This document shows, piece by piece, positions 59,227-64,000 of a stretch of DNA of 64,000 nucleotides. The position numbers and the translations under genes are program-made. The stretch comes from Candidatus Gorgyraea atricola (GTDB lineage Bacteria > Omnitrophota > Gorgyraeia > Gorgyraeales > Gorgyraeaceae). The stretch spans positions 140,939 through 204,938 of the forward strand of contig JAVCCW010000029.1 in the NCBI GenBank assembly GCA_030765235.1, read 5' to 3'. Position 1 is the first letter of the stretch. Each line of letters begins with the position of its first letter. The notes below the pieces were generated by a model. That model worked only from the letters and a program-made list of their open reading frames with translations. It made no database searches and had not been told where the DNA came from.

Positions 59227-60776
59227 CCAGTTTTTTAATTTTTTGTTCTATTTTTTTAGCCCCTTCGATTCTATTGGCAAATCCCTCCGTCGATGTGCCT
59301 GTAAGGCATTGGAGCTATAATGCGATAGAGAAATTGGCCATATTGGATCTTGCTGATATCGCGGATATTGGTTTCAGGCCGATCTCTCGCATAAAAATGG
59401 CGCATATGATAAAAAGCGCCATTGAAAAATCAGCTGATTATGAGCAAAGTTTTGAATGGGCACAGCAGGAATATTTAGAGATACTTTTATATAACCTGAT
59501 AGATGAATTCAGGGAAGAATTAGTTACGATAGGAGTTGATGTTGCCGCAGTAGGAGATGATGGGCCAAGAAAATATATCTTAAGCTCTCCAGAACTGAAT
59601 ATTGAAAAGATCTACGCGAATATAGATTCAGACCAACGGCTCTTTGAAAACAAAGAAGGCTGGAAACTAAAAGACGGTTTTAATCTTCGCGCCAGACTGA
59701 ACACATGGGCAAAGGTCGCGAATCTCTTTGCGATCTCTTTAACCCCTGGACTCAGGTACACCCCTGAGGATATAGACGCGGATCTGGAAAAAGGCCATAT
59801 AAGAGTCGCCCATCCGAGCTTTAATATGGAGCTTTCAATGGGCCGCAGTTCAATGTGGTGGGGTCCTGGGTTTCATGGCGCATTGCTTTTAACAGATAAT
59901 GCCTTTCCTCTGGATATGGTAAAGTGGAATAATATCCATCCTTTCAGGCTTCCATTTATTTTAAGAAAGATCGGCAGGTTTAACGCGCAATTTTTTGTCT
60001 CCAGACTTGAAGACAAAAGAACTGTGCCCGGAGCGTTTGTAACAGGATGGCGCCTGGATTATACCCCGTGGAATTTTCTGAAATTCGGATTCGGGCATAT
60101 CCTGATGCACGGTGGTAAGGGTGTAAAAAACCTTGGTTTTGCTAATTTCTGGAGTTCAGCGTCGCTGGTATTTAGCGCGGCAGGCGGCGGCACAGAGACA
60201 GAAAATCATATAATCTCAGGCGATGTCCAGTTATTTATCCGGCGCATAGATAGATTTTTGCCGATCGCGACAGGCGCAAAATTATATACAGAATGGGGCG
60301 CGGAAGACGAAGCAGGTAATGTCCCGATAAATCTAGCTTCTATTACGGGCATTTATCTTACGGATGTGTTTAAAATTCCAGGGTTTGATGGTAAAATAGA
60401 ATTTGCCAAGCTTGATAATATTTTTTATGACCATTTTAGATATGCCTCGGGCTATACTCGTCGAGGAAGCATAATAGGCCATCGCATAGGAGGCGATTCA
60501 GAGGAGATAGCAGTAACAGCTATATTTAATCTTCCCCGGGAATACAGCATGAGTACCACCTTCAGTCATCAGCGCCGGGGCCTCCAGAAGACCAGCGTAG
60601 AGACCGTAAATGAATTAAGGATAGAATTTAGTGTAATAGACGCCCTGAAGATGTATAATATACACGGCATTGAAGTCGATGTGTTCTACGAATTCGAAGA
60701 CATAGATAATTACGATAATACTTCAAACGCGGCAAGGAATCATATCGTAGGTGTTGAAGCAAAAAGAAAATTTTAA
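59166..60776 (+). CDS. Capsule assembly Wzi family outer-membrane protein
   Basis: Signal peptide, [18 protein letters not shown], terminal F; true start may be GTG 59214. Confidence 0.85.
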   Translation: METKDKTRKGIKRDYRVVRLASFLIFCSIFLAPSILLANPSVDVPVRHWSYNAIEKLAILDLADIADIGFRPISRIKMAHMIKSAIEKSADYEQSFEWAQQEYLEILLYNLIDEFREELVTIGVDVAAVGDDGPRKYILSSPELNIEKIYANIDSDQRLFENKEGWKLKDGFNLRARLNTWAKVANLFAISLTPGLRYTPEDIDADLEKGHIRVAHPSFNMELSMGRSSMWWGPGFHGALLLTDNAFPLDMVKWNNIHPFRLPFILRKIGRFNAQFFVSRLEDKRTVPGAFVTGWRLDYTPWNFLKFGFGHILMHGGKGVKNLGFANFWSSASLVFSAAGGGTETENHIISGDVQLFIRRIDRFLPIATGAKLYTEWGAEDEAGNVPINLASITGIYLTDVFKIPGFDGKIEFAKLDNIFYDHFRYASGYTRRGSIIGHRIGGDSEEIAVTAIFNLPREYSMSTTFSHQRRGLQKTSVETVNELRIEFSVIDALKMYNIHGIEVDVFYEFEDIDNYDNTSNAARNHIVGVEAKRKF

Positions 60777-60786
60777 GGAGGCAGCG

Positions 60787-63627
60787 ATGATCAGGAGACT
60801 TTTAAGTATCAATTTAATTTTTGCATGTATTTTTTTGGTGAGCGTAATTTTGCCTGTGCAGGCCTTTTCATATGAGACTTCAGCTGATGGTTTTCAGCTT
60901 GAACGCGTAGATGAATCTCTTGGCTATAAGCCCGCTGCGTATAAAAAAATCCGGTGTCCGCGCTGCGGCATGGAGTTCTATTATATCGAAGGGAAGGAAG
61001 GCCCTCATTCTCATTGGGTGCATTACGAGATCTCCGAGGAAAAGGGAAGCGATATCGAGATGTCTGAACAGAATAAGAATGGAGAAGGGAAACAAAAAGG
61101 CATCTTTGATCTTTCCGAACAAAAAAAAGAGCTTGATAGGCTTAAGGCAAGTCTTTCTAGGGCAGAACAAAGAAATGAAAGCCTGGCCCTTACCCAGCTC
61201 GATAGGTTAAAAGGACCGCAGTATGAACTTCGACAGAAACTCACCTGTCCGTACGACGGACATAATTTTTTCCCGGAAGGCACTGTTATAGAAAATAGAA
61301 AATTGATGCAGAAGTCTTTATTTGCGGAAAAACCATCCAGCATAGAAGAAAGCTTTGCAAAATCCATTCCTTTTGGCGTTTCAAAGGATTTGAAGCAGTT
61401 CGGTTATGACCTGTTTTTAATACCTGAAGAACGCGATGAAAAAGAAGAATCCGCGGCCAGGGAAGAAACGGGCCAGGCATTAGGCGCCCTTGGCATATTA
61501 AGCGCCGCGTTCAGCACTAAGTCTTCTTCTCCCGCGCTTTCATTGCAGTCCACTTCTAAAGCAGCAGTTGTACCGATCGGGCCGGATTATGTAGTAGGAC
61601 CAGGGGATACACTTGTTATCAATATTTGGGGTAGTGTCCAGGAAAGTTTTCCAGTAGAGGTGGACCGCGAAGGCAAGATCATGCTCCCAAAGGCAGGGCC
61701 GCTCTATGTCTGGGGCTTGAAGATCAAAGAGACTGAAGACCGCATTAAAAAGATGCTCAAACAGCATTACACGAATTTCTACATGGACCTTTCAATGGGT
61801 AAATTGCGCGATATCCAGGTCTATGTAATGGGCGAGGTGAAGAAACCAGGGTCTTACACCATAAGCTCTCAATCAAGCATCTTCCAGGCGCTCTATGCAG
61901 CCGGAGGGCCTACCAAGCTCGGCTCACTAAGAAAGGCCAAACTTATAAAGGCAGATGGCCAGACAGAGAAGATAGACCTTTATCCTTTTCTTTTAGAGGG
62001 CAAGATGGTAAGGCCCACCAGGGTGCAGTCAGGCGATACTATTTTTATTCCTACAGTGGGCGATGTGGTTGCTATAGCCGGCAATATAAAGCGCCCTGCA
62101 ATATACGAGACAAGGGGTGAGACACCTTTGCAAGAACTTTTGAATTTTGCAGGCGGTGTTACGCCTACAGGAGACCTCCAGCGGATACAGGTAGAACGTA
62201 TCGAGAACAATGAAAGACGCGTGATGCTTGATATTGAATTAAAGCGCACGGATGTTGGAAAATTTTCATTGGAAGATATCAGCCTGCAGAATGGCGATGT
62301 GGTGATCATTTCGCCTATAGTAAGACTAAAACATAACTTTGTATCTATTGTTGGAAATGTTGAGCGGCCAGGCGATTACGCGTTGACAAACGATATGAGC
62401 GTAAGTGACATTATAGACAGGGCAAAGGGATTTTTGCCAGGCACATATTTAGACAGGGCTGAGATAGCAAGAGTGACTGATGACAGGACCAGACAGATCA
62501 TACCGATAGACTTGAATAGTATACTGCTTGATGAAGAAGATCTGGAACTCTTTTTAGACGAATGGGACATTCTACTTGTGTATTCTGAGTCTCAGGTCAG
62601 GCCGCCTTTGTTTGTGGAAATAGACGGAGCTGTTAATCGGCCAGGGAAATACGAGCTGACACCAGATATGAAGGTTTCAGATCTTATTTTTAAGGCAGGG
62701 GGCGTTAAGCCTGATGAGGTCATAAGAGGGGCTGAATTATTTCATATTATACCAGGAGAACAGCCTGTTGTGCGGGATATCGCGATAAGGCGCGTATCTG
62801 ATGTCAGTGTATCACTTGATAAAGATATAATCCTGCATGCAGGAGACGCCCTTTCTGTAAAATCAGAGCCAAAACTTACTGAAAGAAGGGTAATTACAAT
62901 CAAGGGTGAAGTAAGGTATCCAGGGGCATATTCAGCAAGAAAAGGTGAGAGATTAAGCTCTCTTATTGAACGTTCAGGAGGGTTTACAGAAGAGGCATTT
63001 TTAAATGGAAGTATCTTTACGCGCGAATCCATAAAAAAAGCTCAGGAAAAGATGAGACGGCGTTTTATCGAGAGGGAGAATAGGAGTTTATTGGAAGAGC
63101 AGCAATCGATACTGCTAAGGAGGACAGATAGGTCTAATCCATCTGCTGTGGCTGAGTCCTTAAAGACAAGGAGAGAGATGCTGGAGTTTATATCCTCGGC
63201 TGATATAGAAGGCCGCATGGTAATCAAGCTCAAGCCGCTTGACCAGTTAAAAGATACCAAGTATGACATCCTGCTGGAGGACGGAGACAGCCTTACAGTG
63301 CCTCAGATACCTTCAGCTATCGCGGTAATCGGCAGTGTGAATAATCCCACATCTGTTCCTTTTGAAGCAAGTAAAGGCCTTGAATATTACGTTCGCAAGA
63401 CAGGCGGCCTTACAAAACACGCAGATAAGGTCGGTATCTATGTTATAAAGGCCAATGGCGAGGCAGTCAGTAAATTCATGATGTCCAAGAGGATCACAAG
63501 AGGCGATAGCATAGTCGTTCCCCAGGAGTTCAAATACTGGACACCACCAGGCCAGCTCTTACGAGATACCGTAGAGATCCTATCGCGCGTAGCAGTAGGT
63601 GTAGGCATCATTGCTGCACTGAATTAA
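60787..63627 (+). CDS. Polysaccharide export protein with multiple SLBB domains (Wza/KpsD-like)
   Basis: DYVVGPGD, repeated GEV..PG.Y / AGG motifs; AAGGAGG before ATG 60787. Confidence 0.9.
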   Translation: MIRRLLSINLIFACIFLVSVILPVQAFSYETSADGFQLERVDESLGYKPAAYKKIRCPRCGMEFYYIEGKEGPHSHWVHYEISEEKGSDIEMSEQNKNGEGKQKGIFDLSEQKKELDRLKASLSRAEQRNESLALTQLDRLKGPQYELRQKLTCPYDGHNFFPEGTVIENRKLMQKSLFAEKPSSIEESFAKSIPFGVSKDLKQFGYDLFLIPEERDEKEESAAREETGQALGALGILSAAFSTKSSSPALSLQSTSKAAVVPIGPDYVVGPGDTLVINIWGSVQESFPVEVDREGKIMLPKAGPLYVWGLKIKETEDRIKKMLKQHYTNFYMDLSMGKLRDIQVYVMGEVKKPGSYTISSQSSIFQALYAAGGPTKLGSLRKAKLIKADGQTEKIDLYPFLLEGKMVRPTRVQSGDTIFIPTVGDVVAIAGNIKRPAIYETRGETPLQELLNFAGGVTPTGDLQRIQVERIENNERRVMLDIELKRTDVGKFSLEDISLQNGDVVIISPIVRLKHNFVSIVGNVERPGDYALTNDMSVSDIIDRAKGFLPGTYLDRAEIARVTDDRTRQIIPIDLNSILLDEEDLELFLDEWDILLVYSESQVRPPLFVEIDGAVNRPGKYELTPDMKVSDLIFKAGGVKPDEVIRGAELFHIIPGEQPVVRDIAIRRVSDVSVSLDKDIILHAGDALSVKSEPKLTERRVITIKGEVRYPGAYSARKGERLSSLIERSGGFTEEAFLNGSIFTRESIKKAQEKMRRRFIERENRSLLEEQQSILLRRTDRSNPSAVAESLKTRREMLEFISSADIEGRMVIKLKPLDQLKDTKYDILLEDGDSLTVPQIPSAIAVIGSVNNPTSVPFEASKGLEYYVRKTGGLTKHADKVGIYVIKANGEAVSKFMMSKRITRGDSIVVPQEFKYWTPPGQLLRDTVEILSRVAVGVGIIAALN

Positions 63628-63667
63628 TCTGCTGTAATATATAAATATATATACTAAACAAATCTTC

Positions 63668-63696
63668 TTGACTGAGATACTCTCCTGTCGTACAAT
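63668..63696 (+). promoter_or_regulatory. Sigma70-like promoter
   Basis: TTGACT-17-TACAAT, 8 nt before ATG 63705. Confidence 0.55.
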
Positions 63697-63704
63697 AGTG
63701 TTCA

Positions 63705-64000
63705 ATGATTGAACAGGCCCCAAAAGAAGAAGTTCTTCATATCATCAAGCACGTAGAGACAGATCCTGCTGTCAGCCAGCGAATTCTCTCCAACAGGCTC
63801 AATATCTCCTTAGGAAAGACCAATTATCTCCTCAAAGAGCTCATCAAAAAGGGCTTTATCAAGGCCCATGATTTCTCGCATAATTCAGGCAAACTGAGAA
63901 AAGCAAATTATCTCCTTACAAAGGAAGGCATAGAAGAAAAACTGCGCCTTACCCGTTATTTTTTAGAGACCAAAGAGCAGGAATACAAGATCATGAAAAA
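63705..64000 (+). CDS. MarR-family EPS-associated transcriptional regulator (3'-truncated; absent from the ORF track)
   Basis: Manual translation: SQRILSNRLNISLGKTNYLLKELIKKG...YLLTKEGIEEK. Confidence 0.88.
   Translation, partial: MIEQAPKEEVLHIIKHVETDPAVSQRILSNRLNISLGKTNYLLKELIKKGFIKAHDFSHNSGKLRKANYLLTKEGIEEKLRLTRYFLETKEQEYKIMK

Noticed and set aside
2294-63269. Numerous antisense ORFs in the ORF track
   Set aside because: They lie opposite well-supported genes and are Ser/Phe/Leu-rich, as expected for shadows of purine-rich coding strands.

Overview
Mostly core chromosome of a diderm bacterium (LptD, LptF/G, Wzi and SLBB capsule export). Gene content suggests a PVC-superphylum/Omnitrophota-like lineage, which is inference only. 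Gene order: truncated low-GC orphan, two type II TA pairs, dprA-topA-xerC-queC-queE-fumarase-type hydro-lyase a/b-rph-rdgB, 7 tRNAs, a small islet after tRNA-His (cupin, nucleotidyltransferase plus partner), rlmB-rlmN-radC, PTS/yvcK/pgi-pmi/metK/ahcY, comF-lptFG (minus strand), TPR-PilZ-membrane protein-MFS, miaB-miaA-hflX, CIRCE-hrcA-grpE-dnaK-dnaJ, accD, GAF and GGDEF genes, a low-GC ThiG-like fusion gene, ROK-lptD and a nucleotide-sugar/capsule cluster. The main unexplained signals are: (i) an apparently exported ThiG-like/HIT-phosphorylase-like fusion; (ii) 7-10 nt tandem-repeat arrays and palindromes written into coding sequences and gene junctions, including the LptD signal peptide; (iii) hairpin repeats that base-pair with tRNA termini; (iv) a fixed-spacing TTGAAAGAA-N14-TGTGTCT motif upstream of dprA and radC; (v) an archaeal/Thermoplasma-like DnaK; (vi) a candidate nucleotidyltransferase TA system. 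All family calls come from motif recognition by eye; no searches were run.
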